Virus record (IMG/VR): IMGVR_UViG_2718218136_000001
Strand: one strand, 5' to 3'
Source: a virus
Lineage: Duplodnaviria > Heunggongvirae > Uroviricota > Caudoviricetes
DNA: 64,000 bases
The notes beneath the pieces were generated by a model. The model did no database searches, had not been told where the DNA came from, and was given only the letters and a program-made list of their open reading frames with translations. Shown piece after piece: positions 1-14,059 of the stretch. Position 1 is the stretch's first letter; each line of letters starts with the position of its first letter. Both the position numbers and the translations under genes were made by a program.

Positions 1-7
1 TTAAATG

Positions 8-24
8 ATTGCTCTAATTATTGA
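8..24. promoter_or_regulatory. C1-repressor operator-like 17-mer (ATTGCTCTAATtATTgA)
   Basis: 13/17 match to the P1 operator consensus ATTGCTCTAATAAATTT as I recall it; lies upstream of first ORF. Confidence 0.3.
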
Positions 25-39
25 TATTTATGGTGACAT

Positions 40-351
40 GTGAGAAAGGATTTCAACATCGACGGAAAATATGTATTGCTGTCTGTAAGCACTAATATTC
101 AGTCGCCAGCCGTCATTGTCACTGTAAAGCTGAGCGATAGAATGCCTGATATTGACTCAATATCCGTTGCGTTTCCTGTCAAAAGTATGCGTAGTGCTGA
201 ACATTTCGTGATGAATGCCACCGAGGAAGAAGCACGGCGCGGTTTTGCTAAAGTGATGTCTGAGTTTGGCGAACTCTTGGGTAAGGTTAACAATGTCCTT
301 TCAATCAGTTCAGCAAGGTCCAAAGCGTTAACAGCTTCCATGATGAAATAA
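40..351 (+). CDS. hypothetical protein (103 aa)
   Basis: ORF track; no recognisable motif. Confidence 0.4.
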   Translation: MRKDFNIDGKYVLLSVSTNIQSPAVIVTVKLSDRMPDIDSISVAFPVKSMRSAEHFVMNATEEEARRGFAKVMSEFGELLGKVNNVLSISSARSKALTASMMK

Positions 352-382
352 AAAAAAAGCCTGGCAAGGAGCCAGGCTGCAC
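352..382. terminator. hairpin gcctggc-aagga-gccaggc preceded by A9 (intrinsic terminator when read on minus strand)
   Basis: Stem-loop read directly; U-tract is on minus-strand reading. Confidence 0.4.
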
Positions 383-481
383 AAAAAGAGCGGGTTTGTA
401 TTCCACCATCAATCAAGAAGGAGTATAGCACACAGGTACTGAAGTGAAAAAATGTGATTCGCGATAAACAAAATACCTATC

Positions 482-505
482 ATTGCTCTAATTGATTGCT
501 ATAAT
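482..505 (+). promoter_or_regulatory. operator-like 17-mer ATTGCTCTAATTGATTG (482-498) followed by TATAAT at 500-505
   Basis: 12/17 match to operator consensus; -10-like hexamer adjacent; upstream of ref-like gene. Confidence 0.35.
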
Positions 506-596
506 TGAGCCGCAGTTTTTGTCAACTACGAAGACGTTGCCATTACTTCACTCCTTGACATCATTGGCGGCCATTAGGCCGCCTTTTTTTTGCCAT

Positions 597-1155
597 ATGA
601 AAACAATCGAACAAAAAATTGAACAGTGCCGCAAGTGGCAGAAGGCAGCCAGAGAACGAGCGATCGCTCGGCAACGGGAGAAGTTGGCTGATCCGGTCTG
701 GCGAGAATCTCAATATCAGAAAATGCGGGATACTCTCGACCGCCGTATCGCTAAACAGAAAGAGCGCCCACCAGCCAGCAAAACGCGGAAAAGCGCGGTA
801 AAAATAAAATCTCGTGGCTTGAAGGGGAGAACACCAACGGCGGAGGAACGGCGCATCGCCAATGCTCTTGGCTCTCCCCTGCATTGCCTGCTATATGCAT
901 GGAGTAATATCTAATGAGGTGTCTCTGCACCATATCGCCGGTCGTACCGCGCCGGGTTGTCATAAAAAGCAATTGCCACTTTGTAGATGGCACCACCAGC
1001 ATGCAGCTCCGGCTGAAGTAAGAGAAAAATACCCATGACTGGTCCCTGTTCATGCCGATGGTGTGGTTGGAGGCAAGAAAGAATTCACCTTGCTGAACAA
1101 GTCAGAGATGGAGTTACTGGCTGACGCCTATGAAATGGCAAACATCATGCACTAA
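597..1155 (+). pseudogene. ref: Ref-like RecA-dependent HNH nuclease, disrupted (one frameshift near 885-905 and in-frame TGA at 1036-1038)
   Basis: ATG at 597; basic N-terminal region, then in a second frame the HNH motif ...CIACYMHGVISNEVSLHHIAGRTAPGCHKKQLPLCRWHHQH...; span of 559 nt is close to a ~186-codon gene; gene name from recalled P1 map position. Confidence 0.5.
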
Positions 1156-1316
1156 TAAATATATTATTTTTAATGATAAATGATTGACAACTGACAAGTG
1201 ACTTCAGTCAGAATCATCACACGCCCGGTACGGATGGATCCCTTTTCAAATATTCCATGGACGGCACAGTCTGAGTACCGGGCGCTACCTTCAGTTGTAT
1301 TGCTAAGCCGCCGCTG

Positions 1317-1762
1317 GTGGCTTTTCTTTTTTGTAGGGGCGCTATGGATAAGAAAATATGCGTTGTTTCAATGAGCGTCGGCAAACCGGCGTCAATGACT
1401 GCTGCATGGATCAACAATGAGCTGATCATGGCTGAGCGGACCAGCTACCCTGAACGCCCCGCGATATGGAACTCCAGCTGCTGCGAATTGCGAGAAAAAG
1501 AGGAAAAGGGTTTTATCGTGCTGGTGGAAAGGAAAACAGCTTTATTACCGGTCGAGTTGGCCAGCGTGTAAGGTTGCGTGATCCCTTCATGAACGGCAGA
1601 CCGGTACTGATTGAAGCAATGCAGATTTACAAGGAATTGGAACGCCAGAAAGCGATCAAGTTACCGCGCAATCCGGCAAATACATCCTTCACCAAAGCAT
1701 CTTCGATTCCGAACACGATAAAAAAGGCGATGAATTTTTCAACATCAACTGGAGCGAAATAA
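1317..1762 (+). other. two overlapping ORF fragments in different frames; possible disrupted gene of unknown function
   Basis: ORFs 1317..1571 and 1466..1762 overlap in different frames; no motif recognised. Confidence 0.2.
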
Positions 1763-2031
1763 CGAGAACATGTTCTGACGTTACTATGTTGCTTTGCGAC
1801 GGAATACAACAACGTTGCCAGCGCCGACTACATCAGGGCAATGGCTGGAGAAGTTGAGGCCCGCCAGGAGCCATCGTTACTAAGCCCTCTGATTAACAGA
1901 ATTCGCGGAACCCAAACGCTGGCACAAAAACGGGTGCCGAAAGGGGAATTAACAGGAAAAGGAAATTATCTATAAACGTCAATGCATTAGGGTATACTTC
2001 TCCATAGAACTATAAGTAAATGGAGTAAGTA

Positions 2032-3185
2032 ATGAGCGAATATGTTGAGTTAGCATACGCTGCCGCTACAAGCAGGCTTTGTCTATTTACCGGGACTGGC
2101 TTTTCAAAGGCAGTCTCGAACGGCGAAGCACCAACGTGGAAAGAACTATTAAAAAAAGTTTGCAGCAAAGTTCACAACGCCAAACAGTTGGAAGACACGT
2201 TATTCCCTGATGATAAACCACCAGCACTGAGTCTTGAAGAAGCCGCACAAATACTATCTTTGAAGCTCAACATTGAAGGCAAGTCGATTTATGATGAAAT
2301 TGTTGACATCATATCTCCAATACAACTTGGCGAAGATATATCAAATATAAAGGATTTTTTTCAAAAAAGAACATTTCGTGTCATTACAACGAATTATGAC
2401 AAGTTAGCTGAATACTTAACTGGAGATGAGGAGGTTCAGTCTATTACCCCAGGCTTACCTATTCCTAAATATCCCTCCAAAGTTAAAATATATCATGTCC
2501 ATGGTTCTATTGACTCTCACAAAACATGATTGTTACATCAGAAGACTATTTTAGGTTTATAAACTCCGACACTTATTCTCTCGAAAACTTAGCACGATGC
2601 TGCATGAAAATACAGTTGCGATATTAGGCTATTCTTTAAGCGACACGAACCTAAAAGCAATTATAAATGATTACAAAATATTCTCGAAAGGTAACACTCT
2701 GTGCTCTAATATATTTTTCATCTCTCGCAGTGAAGTAAGTCAAGATATGAAGGATTATTATTTTTATTGTTTTGGAATACGAGTAATTGACAACACCGAA
2801 ATAGACTCTTTCTTTAAGAGATTGAGCATTAACATAATGTTAATTGAAGGCGTCATAGCAAGAGCCAGACAAAGTATAAAAAGAGTTTTATCAGGCACTT
2901 TTAACTATAAGGATGAATACATTAGATTAGAAGATTCATTCTATCAAATAACTTCCTCGATTATATGAGGGTTTCGACTGGAATGACGGACAAGTAGTTG
3001 ATTTTTTCAAGAGAATAATAAAAAAAAAGAGACTTAACAAGAGAGAGTGGTGCTTGGGAGCAATACGAGCAGCTTGCAAAATGGCTTATATATTTCGGCA
3101 GCCTTTAGAAATTGGTGGAACTAAGTATGAAAATGAATATTTAGACGCCGTTGAATACTCAATGTCCAACATGAGCAAAGAATGA
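2032..3185 (+). pseudogene. SIR2-like (sirtuin-family, defence-associated type) protein, reading frame broken at least three times
   Basis: Motifs LFTGTGFS, ITTNYD, HVHGS (frame 1), then IVTSEDYFRF (frame 0, 2526 onward), then ILGYSLSDTNL (frame 2, 2597 onward), then a further frame to stop at 3183-3185; good SD (ggag) 8 nt before ATG 2032; region clearly more AT-rich than flanks by eye. Confidence 0.6.
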
Positions 3186-3381
3186 GATTAGGTTATTCGT
3201 GGCATGCTTATAGAGCTTGGGAAACAAGATGGTCCACAATCATTGCTTCAAATCGATTAATAATAAAAAACGCATCGAAGAAATTGGCGTACTGGAGGAT
3301 GCTAATTCTATAGTAAAAGATATAGTGTAATTGAAGAGCGGCAAAAATTTAACGGGCAGCTACAACTGCCCGATATATAAA

Positions 3382-3624
3382 TCAATCCGCATTCAGGAGC
3401 AATGCGTTATCTATGATGATCTGCTCCCATTCTTCGAATGCCCGGTCGCGGACGCCCTGGGGAACGCTGTTAGTTTTGAAATCGACGACCGTACGCCATT
3501 TCCCGTCCGGACGGTACATGCGCAGAGCTTTACTTCCCCCTTCCCTGCGCACCTCAACGTTATGCTTATCAGCAAACTCTTGTAATGCTCGTAGCGTCCC
3601 ATGCTTGTAGTATCGCTTTTTCAA
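3382..3624 (-). CDS. small basic protein (80 aa), TTG start; possibly Lxc/Bof-like C1 co-repressor by position and size
   Basis: ORF track; start TTG overlaps stop of upstream 40-aa ORF (TTGA); identity by recalled size/position only. Confidence 0.4.
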   Translation of the reverse strand: MKKRYYKHGTLRALQEFADKHNVEVRREGGSKALRMYRPDGKWRTVVDFKTNSVPQGVRDRAFEEWEQIIIDNALLLNAD

Positions 3625-3743
3625 GTTTTCTCTCCAGCCTGTGCCAAGGCTTCAACTTCCAAATCGTAAGACTCAAACTCATAGTCCTGGTCGTCAACTT
3701 CTTCAGGCACTGGCAGTAAATGCCAGGCTGTATATCTGACCAT
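3621..3743 (-). CDS. small acidic protein (40 aa: MVRYTAWHLLPVPEEVDDQDYEFESYDLEVEALAQAGEKT)
   Basis: Hand translation of minus strand; stop overlaps TTG start of the downstream gene. Confidence 0.3.
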   Translation of the reverse strand: MVRYTAWHLLPVPEEVDDQDYEFESYDLEVEALAQAGEKT

Positions 3744-3782
3744 TATCAAAACGCCCTGGCTGTAGAGCGTCGCGGCTATGAG

Positions 3783-4053
3783 TGTTAGCGCCGGGCGGTC
3801 ATAACGGTAAATTTGCGAACGTCACGGTCAACGAGACGACCGAAATTACCATAACCGCGCTCCAGTAATAATTTTTTAATTTCCGGCCAGTATGGACCAT
3901 AGCTGCGGTACAGGCGGGGATTTTTCAGTAATCGCCCGCGTAGCCCTGACAGAAGAAATCAACGTATTCGTCTTCTGTCTTTCCTAACAACGCTGTACGG
4001 AGTACCGCCTCAAGATATGTTTTATTCGGTTTTATTGTATCAGATAGTGTGGC
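3783..4053 (-). pseudogene. small ORF (~90 aa) interrupted by one frameshift (MATLSDTIKPNKTYLEAVLRTALLGKTEDEYVDFFCQGYAG / RLLKNPRLYRSYGPYWPEIKKLLLERGYGNFGRLVDRDVRKFTVMTARR)
   Basis: Hand translation of minus strand in two frames; ATG at 4053. Confidence 0.3.
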
Positions 4054-4089
4054 CATATTATGCGACGCCCGGCGAACCGGGCGCTCCTG

Positions 4090-7000
4090 TTATGCGTATT
4101 GTTGGATGACGGCCAGAACGTCCGCCACGTTGTGTTTTGTCTCGATAATCCACCAGTTACCCGGGAAATCGCTGTTCTTCGCCTTCGCTGGCAGCCAGCG
4201 AGCGCCGAATTTCGCCTTGATTGCGTCTTTCGCACGGAAAAGAACGCCTTTCATGCCTGAGGCTTCCTGAAGCCCAAATACCTCGCCAGCGGCGAATTTT
4301 GGTGCGTACATCATCTTCAGGTCGGCGGTGGATACGCGATAATTCAGACCAAGAGACTGAGCTATGCTGGTGGCATCACCCTGTATTGATGATAACTCTT
4401 CTTGTTTCTCGTTTCTGGCGGCAATTTCTTCCTCCGTGATGTTGCCAAGGGCCAGGTTTATCCGATCAGCGTCGGCCTGTTCTCTTCATCGGTGCGCCCG
4501 GCAAGAACCGTGTTAATTCTCTGCAATATCTCCACATGATTCTTGCGCATGCTGAGCAATTCCGGCGTAACCTCGTTAAGATCCACCAGCCCAAGGATGG
4601 CAAGGTCGGAAAACATTGATACCAGGTTGTAGGTCATGCGATAGCTGAGTTGGCCATAGGCTGATGGCAACTGCACCGCATCCATTTGATAGGCATCCAT
4701 AAATTTAGAGCCGTCGTTTACGACATCCGCAATTGCAGGTGTGATTTTCCCTGTGGTGGCGGCCTCCCTGATTGCTGTTACCCATGATTGAGTCAGTGCG
4801 GCGACTGCATGATTCAGATTGGCTTCCCGTTCTGCTGCGATGCGCGCGCTTGCTGAGTCCATTGCCTGCTTGATCTCGGCTTTATTGCTGTAAATGCCAA
4901 TGGTGCCAAACTGTGCTGTGGTGATCTCATAATCTGACGCCCGGAACTCATGGGTACCGAAAATGGCATTGGTGACCTCAAGTTCAGAATCCCCGTTACG
5001 AGTAGCCCCCTGGCTTGTTTTCTCCGGCATTTTTGCGATCGCATCCGCTATTTTCTCCTGAATTACTTCAGGGATAGCGTATCTCCGTATGACGCGATTA
5101 CATCGCCATAATTGGAGCCAAACAATTCAACCAGGAATGTTTCTGCGAACGGATCTGGCGGTTATTCCCTTCCGACATCATACCAAGCACCCATTTTGCA
5201 ATTGACGACTTCAGCGCGCCGTCACGGCGATCCGGGTAAACCGCATGCTTCAGTGGGGCCGTATAGGAACCAACAAAATCAATGCTATAGCCTGACTCTG
5301 TAGTCTGAACGCCGTATGAGTCAGTGATTTTGATCATGCCGCGCTGCTGGAAACGGTAGAAATCGTCACAGGAAATGATGTCGTTAATCCCGGCGATGGA
5401 GACGCCACCACTGATTTTCTGCATAACAGCATCTTCATCGGGAGTTACATCAACCTGTTTATCCAGCGTCTTCACATCCCAGTTACCCGATTTGGTGCCT
5501 TTGAAGGTAAAGATGATCTCCGTCTGCGCGCTGGCTGTCGAAGTCCAGCGACTTAATGCGAACGATATCACCGGCACAATCATAGTATTGGCCTACACGC
5601 CATGAGCGATCGCCGATAACAAGGAACTCATTCGCATGGTTAACCAGATCAGGATCAACATCCAGAATGCCTTTATTTATTGCATCCTCCACCAGCGGGC
5701 GCAGGCGTTTGATATCCGTCGCGGCCTTCTGAGTACGGTTCAATAATTTCTCATAGCGGGAGATGGCCTGAGAGATATTAGCCTTGCGCTGAATGGCGCT
5801 TTTCAACGACGCGCGATACTGTGCTAACAACATACGGTCTGTGTGATGGACGCTACCCCAGCGGGCTTTCCAGTCTGCGTTATCAGCTGCTTTGGCCATT
5901 ACCGCCTGTTTGAATTTGGCGACGTCGGCGGTGGTCTTTTCAAGTTCCGCTTTGCTTCGCTCCAATTCAGCGGTAAGTACCTCCACATCCTCACCAGCTG
6001 CGTGCTGCGCCTTGATGTAGTTCTGAAGGTCGATAGTAGCCTGTTCTTTCTGGCGAGCGCGTTTCGCAGCTTTCGCCTTATCCATTTGAACCTGCATCAT
6101 TACCAGACGTTCGCCGTCATCCTTCGCGGTATACATCTGCATTTCGATCATGTCATTGGCGTCGGCGTTCTCCATTTCTGACTTATCTGAACGGAGGATA
6201 TCGGAGATCCAGCCTGCTTTACGCTTCAGCGTCTTCAGTCGGTATTCATCGAAAGACCCCTTGCCGCAGTAGTAGTGAACGCGAACGCTTGCACGGTTGG
6301 AGCCAACTCGTGCACCGCGACCGTTACGTTGTGCGATACTGGCTGGTGTCCACGGCAACGTCAGGTGGTGGATATCCGTCGTTCCTCGATGCAGGTTGAT
6401 ACCCACCTCTGCCTTTTTGTTGCAGATGATGATCGGAGTCCGGCCCTCCTGGAAGTCGGCTGCAATCTTTTCCAGACCGCCCACGACATTTCATTTTGCT
6501 GCGCGATATAGGCGTCATACAGAGCCATTTGCTCGTTGTATTTCGCTATCTGTGCATCTGTTGGTTCATCCGGTAGCTCTTTCGGCGGTTTAACCGCTTT
6601 CAGTTTCTTACCGGTTTTACCTGCCTCGGCAACCGTCTGAGCATTCAGGATCCCCACCTTTGAAGGTTCAAGGTTTAGAGCATTGCAGATAATGCGCTTG
6701 AGCTTCTGGTGCTGCGTTTTTTCATCGGTGAAGATGATTTGCTTACCTTCCGGGAAAAACTCCTTCAGCGTCGCGATCAGCTTCGCGTATTTCGGCGTAA
6801 CGGGGTGAGTTACGGTCAGTTCGTCAATGCCAAACCTGGCCAGGCGCTTATTCACTTCCTGCTCGAACGCTTCCGGAACCTGCAACTGAATAAACTCGCC
6901 CTTATCTATCAGGGAGTATTGCGATTGCTGCGTGATTGAATCATCACTGTCGTCGTCTTCGCTGGTGGCTTGTTTAGGCAAACTGTCCGCAAAGCTGCTG

Positions 7001-10000
7001 CACCGCATCGGCGTACTCCGGCAGGAAACGATAGGTGATCCGGCGATAGTACAGGTCCATGTCAGTACATACGCGGTCCATATCCCTGATTATTGAGAAG
7101 ATCGGACGGGCTTTCTCGTGCTCAATCACGCCGTCTTCATTGACCGAGGTCGTTACGCCATTGTTGGCTTTGGCCGCCGCTTCCGCCTGCTGACGCAATT
7201 CTTCATACGCCGCCAGTTGTTCTTCAGTAAGTGGTGCATCCTGCTGGTGTTCGTCCAGCTCCGGGATCTCCACGGTATCCTTAACGTCTTCCGCCGTTTT
7301 AAGCGTTACCCAGCGATGGAATATACCGCGCAGCGCATCAAGGTTTTCAAAGCCCACCAGCGCCATTTTCTTCAACTTCACCGCTAATTTTCTGTACCGT
7401 TTCCAGCCTGGTCTTGCCGAAGAATTTAACGAAGTCATCAGGACCGTAGATCCCCATGTTCTGCAGTATTCCTTCGGCAAACATGAGAAAGCATGTTGTA
7501 TGCATCGATCGGGGTGTTAACGACTGGCGTTGCAGTCAGGAGAACCGGCCCGCGCCCGCCATTCTTTTTCATCAGGTACGCGTTTTTAATTGCCATATCT
7601 CGCGCCGATTGCGCCACCGCGCTGGTGGGCAGATAGGCCAGTTGTGACGCTTCGCGACCATTTTTATAGCTATTGCGGTAGTTGTGACCTTCGTCAGCGA
7701 TCACACTATCGAAGCCCATATCCTCAAAGTACGGATACTTCTCTGCTTTTTCGGTGCCGGTATCTGAATACTCCGACAATACCCGGCGACGCGCGGCCTC
7801 TTTGCGGTGGGAGTCGGAGTCCATTGCGCTGGCTACGCGTCCGGCGGCAACGAAGTCATAAAGCATATCCTGTGCATGCTCATCTACGGTGTCATCACGT
7901 AGCGGAATGCGGGCGTATTGTTTTTGGTAAACACGACTGCACGGTAATTTGAGTGCGGATCGCGTTCATCCGCGCCGTGATAGTGGCTTCATCTGCCAGC
8001 TTAAGAGCATCGCGCATAACTGGAGTGCCATCAGTACCAAGAACAGGTTTACCGTTCTCATCGAGCACCGGCACCTGGCGAATCTGATCACCATCCATCA
8101 GCACATCAAGACCGACGAACAGGTAGTTACTGAATGCCTCTTCACTCAGGAATTCTTTTGCTTCGTAATACCAGTTTTCCAGCACTGATTTAGGCACTAC
8201 ATACGCAGTACGGGTGGAGCGACCGTTCTCATAGTTGAACGCCTCAAGCGCCAGCGCGGTCGTGGTTTTACCCAGCCCGGTGCCGAAGCCCAGGATCCGC
8301 GCCCATCTTCGGACAGTCGGCGCACCTCGCTATTCTGGTAATCAAATGGCTGGCGCTTACCGCTTAATCCCTTCAACCCAAGCGGATCGCCAGAGTGTTC
8401 ATACGGGATATTGCTATTGAACACATCGTTGTATTTGGCAACCAGCTCATCGTAGCGATCGTGCGTCTTGATCCACTTATTGAACTGGTCCTCAAGCAGT
8501 GCCATCTGCTCGCGGTAGCCGTTCGCCGTCGCGCTATCTTTGCCACCGATACGCGCACCATTGAGATACTTTTCCAGCTGTGCCGGGAACCCGGTCGCGT
8601 TTTCACCTGATTTACGGTCCCACTGTAGCGGATTCTCGCCTGTTTCTTTATCCTTGCGCTGGACGACACCGTATCGGTGCCCGACGAACAGACCATCACC
8701 ACCGTGATAGGTGTCAGAAACCATTTCGTCGCCTTCCAGCTGCACTGACTGCACATAGCGCAGATCCGGATAGCCGTTTTCCTGCAAAAACTCCAGAATG
8801 ACGGAACGGTCGAACCAACGGCTATTGAGCTTAAACCGGATATTCTCTGCTGGCGTCTTGATGCGCTTCTCTTCGATCGCTGCCAGCTGATTAAGGACGT
8901 TGTTCTTTACTGGACCGTCGGGGAGCGTGGCGAGGAATTCCTGTTTTGGAGCCACTATCTCGTTAATGTCGCCGCTGGTGGCGCGGGCGAACGGAACAAT
9001 CCCGCCATACGGTGAAACCGCAATACCAGGAGTGCTGGCCAATAAATTAAGCAACTCTTCATCACTGGCTGGCAATTCGCCGGTAAACGCAAGGCGGAAA
9101 TCATCGAGCTGGATTGGATCGCGGGTAAGATCGCTATAGAGATAACGCAGGGTGTCCTGATAGCTGGTGGAGTCATAACTGGCGCTGGAATCATGCGTAA
9201 CCAGCTTTCCTGTCAGCTCGTCAGAAATAGTGCCATCCAGCTTAATTGCACCACGGAAAGCAACCAGGCGCGCGCACCGCTTCCCGATAATTAGCTATCG
9301 GACCGCGACCAGGGTTACCAAAACGGTCAATCTCTGCCTGCAAACGGGATACCAGAGAAAGGCGCTGCTGTTCGATTTGTTCAGCACTATGCCCGGCGGC
9401 CTTCATATCCTGATATTCAATTAACATCCGGCCAATCATCGCCCCACGATACAAGCGTTCACGGTATTTTTCAGGCTGGCTGTTAATCCAGTCCACCAGC
9501 GGCACCATATCGTCGCTGATTGATGTGGTGTACTTATCGCGGACATTTGCCATCTGGGTAAATGTCATACCGAGACGGCCTTCTGTTGTAGTCAGGTTAC
9601 GCTGAAGAGCCTCCCAGCTATCCGCGCCATAACTGGCAGCATCAATTTTAAGTTCCTTCCCGGCATCAGCTTCAATCCAGCGACCACCAGCATATTTTGC
9701 CATACGCCATTAATCAGGCGCATTTCCCCTTCACCAACAACGTCTGCGGTCAGTGACGGTTCAGCCATATCGAGCAAAGACCAGTCGATACGGCTTTCGA
9801 AACGATGAATCAGCTTCGCTTTAAGAGCCTGGTTATCAATCTGACCGTCGGCACGAACCTCAATACGCCCCTGGAAGCCCTTTTCCTGGGTGCCATGAAC
9901 AAACCGGCGGCCATCCTTTTCAAACCACTTGCCAGAAATAAACGTTGGCCAAAGCACATTTGCTGATTCAAGAGTGCTTTCATCCACCAGGGAGATTTTC

Positions 10001-10842
10001 TCAGCCATCTCTGCCGGATGTTTGCGCATCAGCACCACATCAACGATTGTACTGGTCCCGTTTGCGTCAAAAGTACCGGTAGGCAAGCGGTGAGCGCCAA
10101 GAAATTCAGCTTTACGGGATAGGCGCAGGCGTAACCGCTTCATGTTTGAACCTGAAACAATGGACGGCGGCACAATCACACACATGAATCCGCCAGGCTT
10201 TATCTTGTCCAGCATGCGGAGCATGAAGTAAGAACCCATGTCCGTTTCTTCTGCGTAAGGCTTATCGATGTTGCGTGTGTTATCACGACCACCGAACGGA
10301 ACGTTACCCACAACATGGTCGAATGAATCGTTAGGCGTGCTTACAGCCAGCTGTTCGAACGGGGAAATCTGTACGCTGTCTTCCGGGTGTAACAGCTGGT
10401 TTATACGACCGGAAACACTGCTGATCTCAGTCGCGGTCATCACCGTACCAACCGGTTTTGTCTCATTAAAAACGCCGGTGCCCGCCGATGGTTCCAGAGT
10501 GTTACCTACGTCCGCGCCGTAGAGCTTCATGATCTCCCAGACACCTTCAGCGATCGGCTTTGGTGTGTAATATTCGGAGACGGACCCGCCAATGCCGCCT
10601 TCACCGGTGTACCCAGCCAGGATCTGGCGCTGTTCATCTGTCAGTGTCGCGCCGTCCACCAGCGAATTAAGCAAATCTATCGCCTTCTGATTCGCCTCCC
10701 GGCGCAGTCGGTCATAGCTTTTGCCTTCCACCTTTTCCACGCCGTATTTAATCGGCGCTCGGTGAGATGTTATTGCCCTAATGTATTTTAATATTTCGCT
10801 GACACTTGAACAGCGAAACACCCCCATAGATAGCTTGTTCAT
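4090..10842 (-). pseudogene. darB: DarB-like giant N6-adenine methyltransferase + SF2/SNF2-type helicase fusion (~2250 codons), fragmented into at least 11 ORF pieces
   Basis: Collinear motifs on minus strand: MTase EPSAGTGVF and VVGNVPFG (9592..10842 piece); Walker A GFGTGLGKTTT (~8262-8290, hand-translated between listed ORFs); DEGH and LLTATPVVNTP (7438..7866); helicase motif VI QRNGRGAR (5483..6484); total span ~6753 nt. Confidence 0.7.
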
Positions 10843-13509
<2,667 letters not shown>

Positions 13510-13639
13510 TCAAAGTTGGCGCACGCAACTTGCCTGTTACCAAGAAATTAAGGAGGTTCCGCAAGCGGCTAACGTCCAGGCACCGCGTGAGACAAGCATC
13601 ATCACGTTTAATAATTCAATCAATCCGTTTAATTGACAC

Positions 13640-13665
13640 CCTCCACGCCCTGACGGGCGTGGAGG
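13640..13665. terminator. GC-rich hairpin cctccacgccc-tgac-gggcgtggagg between convergent genes
   Basis: Read directly; no clear U-tract. Confidence 0.3.
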
Positions 13666-13668
13666 ATG

Positions 13669-14034
13669 TCACGCTGCCTCTTTAATGTTGGCGGCTATCC
13701 ATGCCGCCGTGTGCTGTTTAACCTGGTCCAGGTCGATGTATGTGCCAACATATTGACTCAAATCCTGCAAGGTACCGATAAATGCATCGGTGCTCTGATC
13801 GACGAATTTATCAGCCAGGAAATCAGCAACCAGTTTTGGCACACCATCATGTTCCGAAGGTTGTTTTTCCTCGCCACTACCGCCGCCGGACGCGCCGTAC
13901 CCCATCTGTTGCATGATCTGGTCAATTTCATCGCTGATATCCAGCAACTCCATGCCACTCGCGGTAGCAGCTTTGGACATCAGAGAATCCAACTTGTCGC
14001 TGAGGTCCATTAACTCAATAGCTGATAGTGTCAT
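13669..14034 (-). CDS. hypothetical acidic protein (121 aa), DdrA-like position
   Basis: ORF track; position downstream of DarA-like gene. Confidence 0.35.
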   Translation of the reverse strand: MTLSAIELMDLSDKLDSLMSKAATASGMELLDISDEIDQIMQQMGYGASGGGSGEEKQPSEHDGVPKLVADFLADKFVDQSTDAFIGTLQDLSQYVGTYIDLDQVKQHTAAWIAANIKEAA

Positions 14035-14059
14035 GCAGCTACCCCCGCTTTCTGGATTG

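Noticed and set aside
1036-1038. In-frame TGA in the ref-like gene as a selenocysteine or programmed read-through site
   Set aside because: No SECIS-like hairpin follows, and the same gene also carries a frameshift; a plain nonsense lesion or base error is simpler
4090-10842. Separate methyltransferase and helicase genes of a DISARM/BREX-like defence island
   Set aside because: The motifs are collinear on one strand in the order expected for a single fusion protein, and the fragments overlap or abut in shifted frames without intergenic signals
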